Assembly (NCBI GenBank): GCA_052426225.1 | Contig: JBNJNM010000023.1 | Location: 806,001-870,000 of the forward strand | Reading direction: 5' to 3' | Origin: Zancudomyces culisetae HAW-14-8 | Lineage: Eukaryota > Fungi > Kickxellomycota | DNA length: 64,000 bases | Shown here: positions 32,036 through 43,797 of the stretch, piece after piece | How positions within the stretch are numbered: position 1 is the first letter of the stretch | Layout: each line of letters opens with the position of its first letter | Position numbers and translations under genes: made by a program | Notes under the pieces: generated by a model | Seen by the model: the letters and a program-made list of their open reading frames with translations, nothing else | Database searches by the model: none | Told to the model about the DNA's origin: nothing

Positions 32036-34598
32036 ATGTCGGACAATCCTCTATCAAAAATAACCTCGTTGAAAATACTCGATCCGATCATGGGCATAGG
32101 CAAAAACAAGTCGCCGTTGCTCACTTTCTTGCTTGGTACTGTCGCTGGAGTGATTTCATGCTACACCATTCTAAAGGCTCTAGCATTGGCCCAACGGCAG
32201 CAGAAACACAATAAGAAAACTAAAGACCTTGCAAACGAATCAAGCAGTGGCAATTCTACTCGTAGATTGCGAAACAGGCGGAGAAGCAGTAGCGGATTTG
32301 CATCTCGCTACTCAAGCTATGCAGACTACGTTAATCGAAATGTAAATGACACTAATAATGAGGCAGGCGATAGTTCCGAAGATTCTAATAGAAGAACCAG
32401 AAGAATGGGAGTGGTCTTTGAAAATTCAGGTAAGTTTATCATATATATTATCTTATCCTCTTCTTTTTTTCTTTCTTGTATCACTATTACTTTTTTTTTA
32501 TTCACTCTAATCCCCCCGCCCCGCCCCCGCCTCCCATTCCCTTTTTTTACAATTTCTTTTTTAAAAAAATAAAATAGAAAACGAAACATCAGAAAATACT
32601 CAGTTACATAATGGCAACAATTATTCATCTGAAGGGCAAGAAGAAACAAATTTACCAAGCCAATTCACAGAACTTAGTGCAAATCCAGCTCAACAAGAAT
32701 CTACCACAACTGCTGGTACAGCAACAAATGTAGAAACCGACACTCCCCAAAATTCTCAAGAACAAGGGTCTGGGCTGGAACAAGATCAACAGAACGATTC
32801 CGAAGAGGAGTACCAGATGATCCTGGGTGCATTAGATACTGTCTTTGGAAGGTTGAATGAAAGTACAACAAATATACGAGGTTCTGGTTCTGGTTCTGGT
32901 GGAGGAGGTAGTAGTGGTAGTGCATCATTGCCAGATGCACACGATGAAACGAGACGGCTCCGACGATCCAATGCAATAAGTATGAAATCCACAAACAAGA
33001 GCGGAGGTTCAGGCAAAGGTAAGGATTATGGAATCGAAGAGGATAGTACCATGCTAGAACTACTACAAACTGTAGCAGAAAACAAGAGCCGCAGACACGC
33101 AGTCGTTCACCGCGGCGTAACCTGTGACGAATGTAACACTTGTCCGCTGAGAGGTGTGCGGTATAAATGTGCACAGTGCGGTGATTTTGATTTGTGTGAA
33201 GTTTGTGAGAGTAAAAATATACATCGCCACCATATTTTTATCAAAATCAAGATTCCTACCCCGCCAATGATGAACAGTACTGTACCACTGTTGGATTGTT
33301 TCTACCCTGGTGAGCTTATTCTGCAGCATTTACAGCCACAGCGGCACGATAATGACGATGAAAATGATGATGGTAATGCTGTTGGCAGCCGTGGTGGTGG
33401 CTACAAATATGAAATGGATTATCTACTCAACAAAAACTTCAAAGATTATTTGAAAAAAATCGGCCAGAAGCAACGCAGTCTAAAGGTTCAAATCAAATTC
33501 TCACTACACGAAATATATTCTTACTACGACATGTACTGCTCTCTTGCCGGTCTGCGCACCATAGACAACAAGTACCACAACGAGTCCAACAATACTCATA
33601 GTGATGAAAGTATCATGGCTGACGGAGTCGACTACAACACGTTTTTGATATGCCTGGGCAAGTTTGGTAACAAAAACTCATACATCACCCAGCTGCTGTT
33701 TCGTTTCTATGACGACAATGACGATGGCCTGATCTCGTTTGACGAAATGATTATTGGTTTGAATCTTCTAACCCGCTCTCCACTCAACGATTCCCTCAAG
33801 GTTTCTAGAATTTTCAAACTTTTGGATTCTAGAAAAAACAACTTTGTATCCAAATCAGATATTGCCAACCTTTTGGTTTCTGTCAATCTGTACCATAACT
33901 TCCATGTCTCAGAAATGATGAACAACCTCGAAATGGGTTCCATCGTCAACTACTCCTCAATTCTCTCTGACCAGCCAAGCTCTGCCGCCTTCACTGCAAA
34001 TATTTCTCCCGATGCTCCGTCAGTTCTTGACAAAGAACTTGATGTTCTGAGACACGACATTAATCTATTGCGAAACTCCAACCCTAATCAAACCTCCGCC
34101 TCAAACACAACTTCTACCATCTCCATACTCAACTCCACCGCTGAATCCTCTGATGATACTCATAACCCCGCTACAACAAACATCGACAATGATACCGAAC
34201 TCGATCTACTATCGTCTCTAATCAACAACCCTTCGCTAATCCCTCCTCCCAGCACCCTTCCTCCCGTTTACCTTTCCTCTTCCAAAGATTCGGAAGATAT
34301 TCCGCTCTTACCTACTTCAACTCCTGAACTCACAAACAATCCAGCTACTCAACAAGTTCAAAACACTGAAACTCAGCAACAACAACAACAACGGTCACCT
34401 GACTCACAGACCTCTGACGAGCATTTGATATTAGATTATATGATTTCCGATCTTGTGAGGTCACTAGTCTCGTCTATTTTTAACTCTGCAAATCCCAAAT
34501 ACCCTGAACATGGACTAGATTACCAAGAGTTTGTAAACTTGCTCAAAGTTGATCCAAGAATTGTATTATGGTTTGAGAGTATGGGGCCTATTTTTTAA
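32036..34598 (+). CDS. ZZ zinc finger + EF-hand protein with N-terminal TM (exons 32036-32429, 32578-34598)
   Basis: VHRGVTCDECNTCPLRGVRYKCAQCGDFDLCEVCE; EF hands YDDNDDGLISFDE and LDSRKNNFVSKSD; in-frame GTAAGT...TAG intron. Confidence 0.88.
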
Positions 34599-34847
34599 CT
34601 TTTTTTTTCTTTTATATTTTATCTTTTATCCTTAAACTTCTTTTTTTTCTTTGTAATTTATTTATTTATTTATTTATTTATCTGTTTTACTTTTCTTATC
34701 CCTGTCCCATCACTACAACTCTATTTGAAAAAGTCAAAAAAGCAAAAAGAAAAAAACAAAGAAAACCAAAGAATGAATCAAATGTTGGATTGTTGTGGTA
34801 TCAAGTCATGTCTGTGTATGTGTGTGTGTGTGTATGTGTGTGTGTGT

Positions 34848-35894
34848 TTAGTCGGAACCACGACCACGGCCGCGACCATATCCACCTCCGTATCCACGAC
34901 CATATCCACGGCCATAGTCTCCACGGTCATAATCTCTACGGTATTTTCTGTATCGAGTAGTTGGCTCAGTGCTTGGTGCTGCTGGTGCTGCTGGTGTTGC
35001 TGCTGCTGCTGGTGCTGAGGATATAGCTACTGTACCTGCTGCTGCAGGGATGGATGTTGGTACTGGAGCGTTAGATGCTGGCATGGGTGCGGCTCGCATG
35101 GCCATAGCAGCCACTGGGGCTGGAGCAGCAGCAGCAGCTGGAGCAGCGGATGCCTTGGCACCACCCATACCACTTGATTTTCTCAATTTACGGTAACTGT
35201 CAAGTACACCGTTGCTCTTCAATGCAGCCAAGGCACTCTTTAGCTGGTCGAACTGAGGATCGCTGAACAACTTTGAGACTCTGGCTTTCTTTGATGCCAT
35301 ACACTTTGAACATTTTCTGCATGCTTTGAAGCACTTGTATGGTGCCAAGGCCTTTCTCATCTTCTTGCGAGTGATAGCCTTGCTCTTTTCCTTACAGGCG
35401 GTCTTGCAGCTCTTTTTGAGGGCCAAGTCGCTTATATCCTTGCATTTTGCTGCACACTTCTTGTAATAGGTTCTGCGGAATGCCTTGAGCATACAACGAC
35501 GATACTTGCGCTTGCATCTTCTTACTCCACCACGCTTACCCTTCTTCCAGGCCTCTTTAGGAGCTGATGGGGTAGATGAAGCTGAGGATGAGGGCGCAGA
35601 TGCGGTGGTAAGTGGGAGTCTGCTTACACCACCACTTACAGCTGGACCTGTCGCGGTTGCTTGCAAATTGTTGACAATTTCATTCCATTGGTTCACCTGA
35701 TCATCATTGTTGGATTCATCCATCTCCAAGTTGTCATTTTCAGCAGCATCATACCACATTCCGTTCCCTACGTACTCGCCGTGGACACCGTTCAACAAGG
35801 CTTCACCGCGTTGCTCTCCAATAGCCTGGGCTAATACTGAGAATCCGAGTGATTGCAAAGCAACTGCGTATAATCCAATAGTAATGCTCTTCAT
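34848..35894 (-). CDS. Secreted 348-aa basic protein: 10-Cys domain, Ala/Pro linker, Arg-Gly-Tyr tail
   Basis: Signal peptide; Cys spacing and LFSDP motif shared with 8541..14945; tail DYDRGDYGRGYGRGYGGGYGRGRGRGSD. Confidence 0.9.
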   Translation of the reverse strand: MKSITIGLYAVALQSLGFSVLAQAIGEQRGEALLNGVHGEYVGNGMWYDAAENDNLEMDESNNDDQVNQWNEIVNNLQATATGPAVSGGVSRLPLTTASAPSSSASSTPSAPKEAWKKGKRGGVRRCKRKYRRCMLKAFRRTYYKKCAAKCKDISDLALKKSCKTACKEKSKAITRKKMRKALAPYKCFKACRKCSKCMASKKARVSKLFSDPQFDQLKSALAALKSNGVLDSYRKLRKSSGMGGAKASAAPAAAAAPAPVAAMAMRAAPMPASNAPVPTSIPAAAGTVAISSAPAAAATPAAPAAPSTEPTTRYRKYRRDYDRGDYGRGYGRGYGGGYGRGRGRGSD

Positions 35895-37496
35895 TTTTTT
35901 TTAACTTGAAAGAAATGTTGGTTTTGATAGTTTATTCTAGTTTAACCTGTTGGTTTTTTTTCTATGGGTTTTAAGCTGTCTATGTTCTAAAGCTTTCTCT
36001 GTAACTTTCTATATGGAAAAGATACTTTTCATTTTGAAGAGATTTTGCAGCATATTTATACGCATTTCTTTTTTATACATCCGTTTGTAGTATATAAGGC
36101 TTGTGTTCTACTATTTTTTACTTTTCTCCATTACCTTCATGCTTTTCATTTTTGTCATGCAATAACTTGGTGCAGATCACTTTCTATGTATATCACTATT
36201 TTACTTGGCTATTTATTGGTAATAATTGTTGCTAGCACTATAAAGTTATATTCAACTCGAGACCTGGAATTACTCCAATTTCAAGTTTAACTGGGTAAGA
36301 AAAATAAATTTGGATTACCAAAAACAAAAAAGAATTATTCATACCAACGAATTTTGTGCTATATTAATTTGATCTAGATGTTATATTCTGCTCTTACTAA
36401 TATGCGAGCAACAAACTTGCCAATACTATATTTCTATTGGGATAATATACAAGCTGTAGCTCTAACCTTTAAACTAACTGATAACCATATTCGAGAAAAA
36501 AAACCAAAAAAAATAATACTATATAGACTTGCAGCTCCTTTTTTTCTTTGAATAAGAGTGTGATTCGAAGCATGAACTCTGGCTATTGCATATTCTGTTT
36601 GTGATATGTTGAAAAATAATCTTACATTTGATTAAAAGTTGACCAGAAGACGCACTATAGCTACATTTTAATAGTTGCAGCTCAGTATTTTAACCTTTCT
36701 GGCTTTATAATTATTCCCAATAATTTGCAGCACTGTTCCTCACTTGGTGTATGTTGAGAATTCTGTTACTGCAAGAATACTTTGTCTAGAAAATTTTACA
36801 ATTATCAGCTCTCGGCTACATAAAAATACCAATGTAGCATATTACTATAGACCATTATTTACAAATGTCACAATATTGAGGTAATATATGGACCATTTTT
36901 ATCATTTGGTGATATATTTTAACAAGTAAAAAGTAACAAAGAAAAACGAATGGTGATATTTTCTAGAGGAAAGACAGAATACCTCATAGTATTAACAGGC
37001 AACATATGGGCCACCACCCCCCCCCCCCCCCAAGGATACACCGTATGAATCCTGTCTTGTTCACAAATGAACAAAGCTAGAGTTTCGAGCTGGGAACAAT
37101 GGTCTGTTGTGACACTCTTTTTTTTAAAAATTAAAGTTAAAAAGATAAAAACAGCTCATAACATGGAATACTGAGAAACAAGAATCCTAACTTTAGCTTT
37201 TGCTGACACTTAATGAGCATAGACCCTAGCAATAGCGAAACACACTAAAGTTACTCACATCAACCAAAATAACTCTTGAAAATGATCGTGTCAACACATC
37301 CGGGCGTTACCCCTCTACAACCAGTTTATTAAAAAGTGTGCATCTCATAAGGTCATATCGGTAATGTTTTTTTTGATTTTTTTCAAGCATACTAAATACT
37401 ACTGTATTGTTTATTGGTATGGCTACATTAAAAACAACACTTTAAACTCGAAAAAAAAAGATAATATATAATTATCAAGTAACGTAAGGATAAAAA

Positions 37497-37883
37497 TTAG
37501 CCCAGCAAGTGAAGCCCAAGGAATAGCAAAGCCAGCAAAGCGTAAGTTGATTGGGCGTAGGTGGTCTTGATTCCAGAATTAAGTGGCACTGTACTTGGAT
37601 CTTTTGGGTCTGGGTCTGGATTTTTTTTAAGATTCACAGCGCAGAAAGAATTGTCAGTTGGGTTAACTTTGACTGTTGGATCTTCTGCACCACAAAAACT
37701 ACCACCTGTCTTCAACGTACAGCCTTTATTGTTACCACAGTTGAGCTCAAGTTTTGAATTTGCATTGGTAGGACCAAAAGTAAGCTCCAGTTGATCGTTG
37801 TCACCTTTTTTGTCACATCTTAAGGTGCTTTCCACGATTACCCCGCTAAAAAACAGTACCAATGCAAACAAAATGACCTTCAT
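37497..37883 (-). CDS. Small secreted Cys protein, probably GPI-anchored
   Basis: Signal peptide, C-x5-C-x8-C, Pro-rich stalk, NSG omega-like site and hydrophobic C-terminus. Confidence 0.8.
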   Translation of the reverse strand: MKVILFALVLFFSGVIVESTLRCDKKGDNDQLELTFGPTNANSKLELNCGNNKGCTLKTGGSFCGAEDPTVKVNPTDNSFCAVNLKKNPDPDPKDPSTVPLNSGIKTTYAQSTYALLALLFLGLHLLG

Positions 37884-38301
37884 TTTTGTGTTTTGTTTCT
37901 ATAAGATCACAAGGAAATAGAAATTTAACTTTAAATACTAGGTAAATGTATATTTATCAATGATATAGCGATGCGGTTATTAATAAAGCTTAGTCAAAGC
38001 GGGAGTTACCTTAGTGCTTGTTTCAATAGACAAATAGATGTTAACTTGAATTAATGTGTCAATTGCTTTGCGTTCTGGTAGAAGCTTCAAAAATATGTTG
38101 ACTTTTTTCTCTGTTCGTTCAAGATGGGGGGGGTGAATCTATCACATTTTATACTAAAAGTAAAAGTAAGCCAAAAGAGTATTTGATAAATAAGCACTAG
38201 TTAAAACTAGGAGAGTGGGGGGTATAATCCTTCATGTATCAAAAAAAGTAGTTTAGGCGAATATTTACGGACGAGTTTAGTGTAAATAGTCTTACTAAAA
38301 C

Positions 38302-38902
38302 AAAAATCCCAAACATATATGCAAGACAACACAAACATATACGCCAAATGTACTTATTTGGTAAATATTCCGCAACTCATTTCTTCTTCTCCTATTAATG
38401 TATCTGTTGGCGAGAAGTGAGAATAAATAAATAAATAAATGTCCTGCATTATTGTTTTGATTAATACCCATTTTTACCGCAACATCCAAGTACGGAATCA
38501 TAAAACTACTCAACAAGTAGCTGCAGCTCCGTTTATAACAAATATGGTAAATGTATACACTACATGACTATTTACCACCGACTATTTGCTTGCTTGAATA
38601 TTTGTGTTGGGGTAGTTTCCCTCTACCTCAATCATCAAACCCACTTATTGGGAGTCATTTCCACAAACAAAGTTCCAAAGAGGAAATAGTAACTTTTTAT
38701 ACAAGAGCGCATATTTGCTTAGTTTGCCTATTGTGGTAAAATTCCGAACATGAGATGGTTTTGATGTTCTAAGATTATGGTTTTTTCTAGTGTTGAAAGT
38801 AGAAAAGAGAAGTGTCAGTATTATATTTTTTGGGGGGGGGAGAAGGATGGGGAAAGAACAAATAAGAAAACATTTGAAAAAGAGCATATTATAGTTGAAA
38901 TA
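38302..38902. repeat. 600-bp direct repeat, copy 1
   Basis: Near-identical to 40494..41091 (a few substitutions and a G-run length difference). Confidence 0.95.
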
Positions 38903-39726
38903 TATACGCATTAGTGTTTGCTAGTGAATTGTCTAAGCAAAGATTAAGAGAAAAGAAGTTAGAATAAAAATACCAAATTCACGGATGATACATTTGCTTA
39001 AACAAAGCAATGTAAGAGAGTTAAATATTCCGTTTTATAACAGTTTATGTTGGATGATATGCTTTTTAAAAAAAGGATTCAAAAGTTCGATACTTGTTCT
39101 TATTGGTTCTCTGCCCACTTTCCTTCTCTCATTCCCCAACCCGTTCATTACCATGGGTCAAATTTAAAAAGCTAATTTAGGTATATTTACCAATTCGTTA
39201 ATATACACCACACTTGTTTAAAGATTTTTTACTTTATATCCGGTATAGAAACACACCAAACCGAACGAGTGAAATGGAATGCCAATGTCGTATATTTATG
39301 CAGTATTATTTAACAAAACGCGTTAAATGCTTAATGTATAACTTACAGATAGATACATCAAGCAAATGGAAAAATTAGCCAATGTCTAACTGAAGTTGAA
39401 TGTATTGGCAGAATCAAAAAGAAAGTTGATGAATGAAAAGATAAAAAAGTAAAACTAGATAGATAAACGCCAAAAGTGGCACCCAACCCTTAGGATATTA
39501 TAAAAATGTTTAGGCAGGGGAACTACTCACTCCCTAAGCACACTTGGAAGTCTAAACTAACAAACTTTGCACAAAAATGCTAAATCAATCCAATTTTTGG
39601 CGGTTTTTACTCGTTTTATTTTTTATTGGGACAGGAAAACGTCAACTCAAGAAAAAAACGAGATAAAACGACTATATGTGTAAATAAGAAAAAAATATGA
39701 TGATGTAAACCATCATTTATAAACTA

Positions 39727-40050
39727 TTATTTAGTATTAGAGGTTGGAGCTGGGTGGATGCGGAAGGAGTATTCTGACACAGTAACACTAGACCCGCGTT
39801 TATTCTTTGCATTTTTTTCGTCTTTAGTACAAGCATAAAAATTTCCAATAACTACACACATTTCGCCCTCCTTGCATTTAAGTGTATAATCATAAGCAGC
39901 TTTGTCTGCAACAACTTTGCCAGATTTATCAACTACTTTTTGAGTCAAGTTAATACGAGGATTTTTACCATCATTATCACTAATACACTGTCCGTTAAAC
40001 CCAAGAGCTGTTCCAAAGAGCAGTGTGGCAAGTACTGGTAAAAACTTCAT
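39727..40050 (-). CDS. Small secreted Cys protein (107 aa)
   Basis: Signal peptide; C-x5-C-x8-C spacing as in 37497..37883. Confidence 0.8.
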   Translation of the reverse strand: MKFLPVLATLLFGTALGFNGQCISDNDGKNPRINLTQKVVDKSGKVVADKAAYDYTLKCKEGEMCVVIGNFYACTKDEKNAKNKRGSSVTVSEYSFRIHPAPTSNTK

Positions 40051-40493
40051 TATGGATATATTTTCTTTTGCTTTATTTGGTCTTTATCCTAAAATTCAGT
40101 TAACGTATATATTCTAGTATCAGTGACGCCACACACATATATGTATGTCAGTTTAAATAGAGGCATATAATAAAGCTATTATATTGAGTAGAAAACGAGC
40201 CTGGATTACTTACCGACAGAATCTAACTTTCGCTGAAAAATTAATGCTGAACTCTGTTTATGTGCGTAAAAAACGGTGCTATACTATTTTTCTGCTATGG
40301 TATTGAATAGCTTTTTACTAAAGATGTGTTCTGCAAGAGATGTGAACCCACCTTCATCTTTTTATACTTTCAGGCTTCTTTTGAGTGTCAAGTATAAAAA
40401 TATATAAAACCACTTTTAATTTTATTTTTCTGTATTCAAACAGAGCAATATCGATGTTGAACCAAAAACTTGATAGAGTAGAGCCAATTAGTG

Positions 40494-41091
40494 AAAAATC
40501 CCAAACATATACGCAAGACAACACAAACATATACGCCAAATGTACTTATTTGGTAAATATTCCGCAACTCATTTCTTCTTCTCCTATTAATGTATCTGTT
40601 GGCGAGAAGTGAGAAAAAATAAATAAATAAATGTCCTGCATTATTGTTTTGATTAATACCCATTTTTACCGCAACATCCAAGTACGGAATCATAAAACTA
40701 CTCAACAAGTAGCTGCAGCTCCGTTTATAACAAATATGGTAAATGTATACACTACATGACTATTTACCACCGACTATTTGCTTGCTTGAATATTTGTGTT
40801 GGGGTAGTTTCCCTCTACCTCAATCATCAAACCCACTTATTGGGAGTCATTTCCACAAACAAAGTTCCAAAGAGGAAATAGTAACTTTTTATACAAGAGC
40901 GCATATTTGCTTAGTTTGCCTATTGTGGTAAAATTCCGAACATGAGATGGTTTTGATGTTCTAAGATTATGGTTTTTTCTAGTGTTGAAAGTAGAAAAGA
41001 AAAGTGTCAGTGTTATATTTTTGGGGGGGAGAAGGATGGGGAAAGAACAAATAAGAAAACATTTGAAAAAGAGCATATTATAGTTGAAATA
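40494..41091. repeat. 600-bp direct repeat, copy 2
   Basis: Near-identical to 38302..38902. Confidence 0.95.
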
Positions 41092-42003
41092 GGCATGCAA
41101 ATGACTAAATTAACAAAGAGGGTATGGTGATTTCACTCATTAGCGTGTGTGTATGTGTTTTTTTTGTAATACATATGTTTGATTATTTCCCATTTTTGTG
41201 CATTCGGGAAACAATAAAAAATATTTCTGTTCGACTTTTTTTTTTTGAGATGCCAGGAAGAGAGCAAAAGACAAAGCAGGCAAATGTAAGATATGTAAAA
41301 ATAACGTGCTTACACGGTTAGATATAGACCAATAACGATGGATTGTTTTATCCGTTCCATTCCTTTTGGTTGATGTTACACCAACCCACGAATAAAAAAA
41401 CTGCTGAACTACTTAAAAGTAGCCTTTTTATTTCAATATTCGCGATCCGGAAATATACCAGCGAAATGCCTTACAGAATAGTGCATATCAATGATTGTTT
41501 AAAGTCATTGAAAGGTGTGATTTTTTTTGGGAGGGGGTGCGAACAAGAAAAAAGTTGTAAATGACCCTATCACTCACCAAAAAAGTATAATGAAAAGAAG
41601 AAAATGAACATTAAAATATATTGATAGAGTTGCAAACCGCAAGTAGGATTGTATCTAGGGGGGGAAAATAGTGAAAGATAGCGAAAGGAAGTAAACCAAG
41701 ATTGGTAGTTTCTTATGATTTTGCCAATGCCTTCCCCCATACCAAGATTTAATCATTTTACTTTGATGTGAGACTTGCCCCCCTTTGCTCATGGCCTTTC
41801 ATTTGGCTTAAACCTATCTTGACCAAAGAACCGGGGAGTGTTTTTGTAAACTACATACCAGGAGCCATTTTGAGGTCAACTACGGGTTTTTCTACAAGGC
41901 GAAATAGCAGCTCAGCCGATTAAACGAAACACTGTTCCCATTGAAAGACCAATTATGAGTAGCAAAAAAAATAAAAGGAAAATTTCATAGAAAAAAAATG
42001 CAG

Positions 42004-43797
42004 CTATTCAGTGTACTGATCAAGGCTTGGGGATGAAGCGGTTCCATCCGACAGCCTGTGTGCGCTATCAGGATCAACAAAATGAGAGTAAATAAAATCA
42101 GCGTTGTCGTATAGTTCAGGGTTAATCACATTCAGCTCAAGTGCCTCGTGTTCACCGCGACCATCACTAGATCCAGCATGGTCTTCAAGGGTTGTGTATG
42201 ACGAAGCTTTCCAGAAAGGAAGCTTTGAAAACGAAGAGTAGAAAATAGCAAGAATAATGGCTAACAGGATGGCGAAGGAGAGGAACAGAATAATTCCGTT
42301 GGAAACTACAGACGTTTTGGTAGGTATGGTACGAGGAGAAGTAATGTATTTTGCGATGTTCGAGGAATCGAGCGAGGCAAATTTGGACAGCAAAAGCAGC
42401 ATTTCTAAGGGCTTATCGACGCCAACCATATGACTTGCGTTGTAAATTATGGAATAAGTGAGGTTTCGTTCGGAGTGATACGTGCCTATGGGGTTTTTTT
42501 CAGGTCCTGCAAGCCATAGGGGATAGTCCTTCAATGAAAATGTGGAAGAATCCATTGTAGGTTTGCTATCTGGAAGAGAAAATCCTGTGTCACCGTTCCA
42601 TGTTAAGTTTCCAATAGTCCATTCATGAGCTAGTACATTGCATATCAAATCCTGATCACCAGCAAACAGGAGCACTGGGTATGCTTCAAGCACTTCTGGT
42701 ATAAGCCCTATCGCTGAATTACTAGTCTGATCCTTTGAAAGAGCCTCAGAGACACCATTGTTGCACTCGCTCCAATCTACATGATCGCTGGTATTTAAAT
42801 TCAGTGCCGTCTGGACTTGTGGATCCTTTACGTACTTGTACATGCGGTTTATTGCGGGCGGCCAATCCATTCCACATTCTGGCTTTTGAGAAATAAGCCG
42901 AACGTCATAAACGTTGTAGCACTTTTTCTCACCAACTTTGTTATCGTATTGCAGAACATTTAATATCGACTCACATATATCCGAAGTAACTGGACCCTTC
43001 GAAGAACCGTACTGTTTGGTGCAATCATTTGTTAGTCGCTGTATTTCCATTAATGATTCCTTTACCACGAGATCCTTTTGTTGTATAAAAGTATGGTATG
43101 ACTCGTACGTTCTTTTGGAGTCCATCCATCCATTTCCAATCATGATCCCTTTAACATTGATTTCTTGTGTTTCTTTTAAGCTACGTGCTAGATAGAGTAG
43201 ATACGTCCCTGCCATACTCTCTCCACTAAATACAACCTCGCGTCCTTTATATTCCGCAAATACCCTAAAAAACTCTCGCAAGAATCTCAACAAGTTGGTA
43301 TTTGCCTCTTCGTATGTCCTTGCGTAGTCTACTTTCCCCCCAGCCCCACCTCGGCTATATCCCGTTCCTATTGGTTGATCTATGTACAGCACATCGATCT
43401 GGTCTGTAAAACTGTGTTCTCTCTTTACTAAATTTCCCATCAGATCAAACTCAAATGGTCCGTTTTCCAAAAATAAACCATCCAAACTCGTACACCCCGG
43501 TCCTCCGTTCAGCCACACCACGAGCTTATCCTTGTTTTTGGTATTTGTAGTGTTTCTAGCCAGCCAAAAAAATAAATTATTACTCTCTCCCTCTTCGCCC
43601 AATTTTCCTGCATAGCTCTCGATTTCCAAAAGTCTTTGGTCTGCTATTCTTGGAAGTGCACTTACTTTGTACTTTTCAATTAGCTCATTCGTCGAATCAT
43701 CTCTTCTGGTTGGTTGTGTTGTCCCCTTGACCAACTGAAAATCAAGCCCCAAGAGAAAATAAAACAAGATTGTTACTATCGACTTTAGCCTGTTCAT
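42004..43797 (-). CDS. KEX1: Serine carboxypeptidase S10, Kex1-like
   Basis: WLNGGPGCTS, GESMAG, GDQDLICN, NASHMV; signal peptide, C-terminal TM and acidic tail. Confidence 0.85.
   Translation of the reverse strand: MNRLKSIVTILFYFLLGLDFQLVKGTTQPTRRDDSTNELIEKYKVSALPRIADQRLLEIESYAGKLGEEGESNNLFFWLARNTTNTKNKDKLVVWLNGGPGCTSLDGLFLENGPFEFDLMGNLVKREHSFTDQIDVLYIDQPIGTGYSRGGAGGKVDYARTYEEANTNLLRFLREFFRVFAEYKGREVVFSGESMAGTYLLYLARSLKETQEINVKGIMIGNGWMDSKRTYESYHTFIQQKDLVVKESLMEIQRLTNDCTKQYGSSKGPVTSDICESILNVLQYDNKVGEKKCYNVYDVRLISQKPECGMDWPPAINRMYKYVKDPQVQTALNLNTSDHVDWSECNNGVSEALSKDQTSNSAIGLIPEVLEAYPVLLFAGDQDLICNVLAHEWTIGNLTWNGDTGFSLPDSKPTMDSSTFSLKDYPLWLAGPEKNPIGTYHSERNLTYSIIYNASHMVGVDKPLEMLLLLSKFASLDSSNIAKYITSPRTIPTKTSVVSNGIILFLSFAILLAIILAIFYSSFSKLPFWKASSYTTLEDHAGSSDGRGEHEALELNVINPELYDNADFIYSHFVDPDSAHRLSDGTASSPSLDQYTE

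Noticed and set aside
38295-41100. Duplicated short ORFs (MLSSFMIPYL..., MYTLHDYLPP...)
   Set aside because: They exist twice only because of the 600-bp DNA duplication; no coding features
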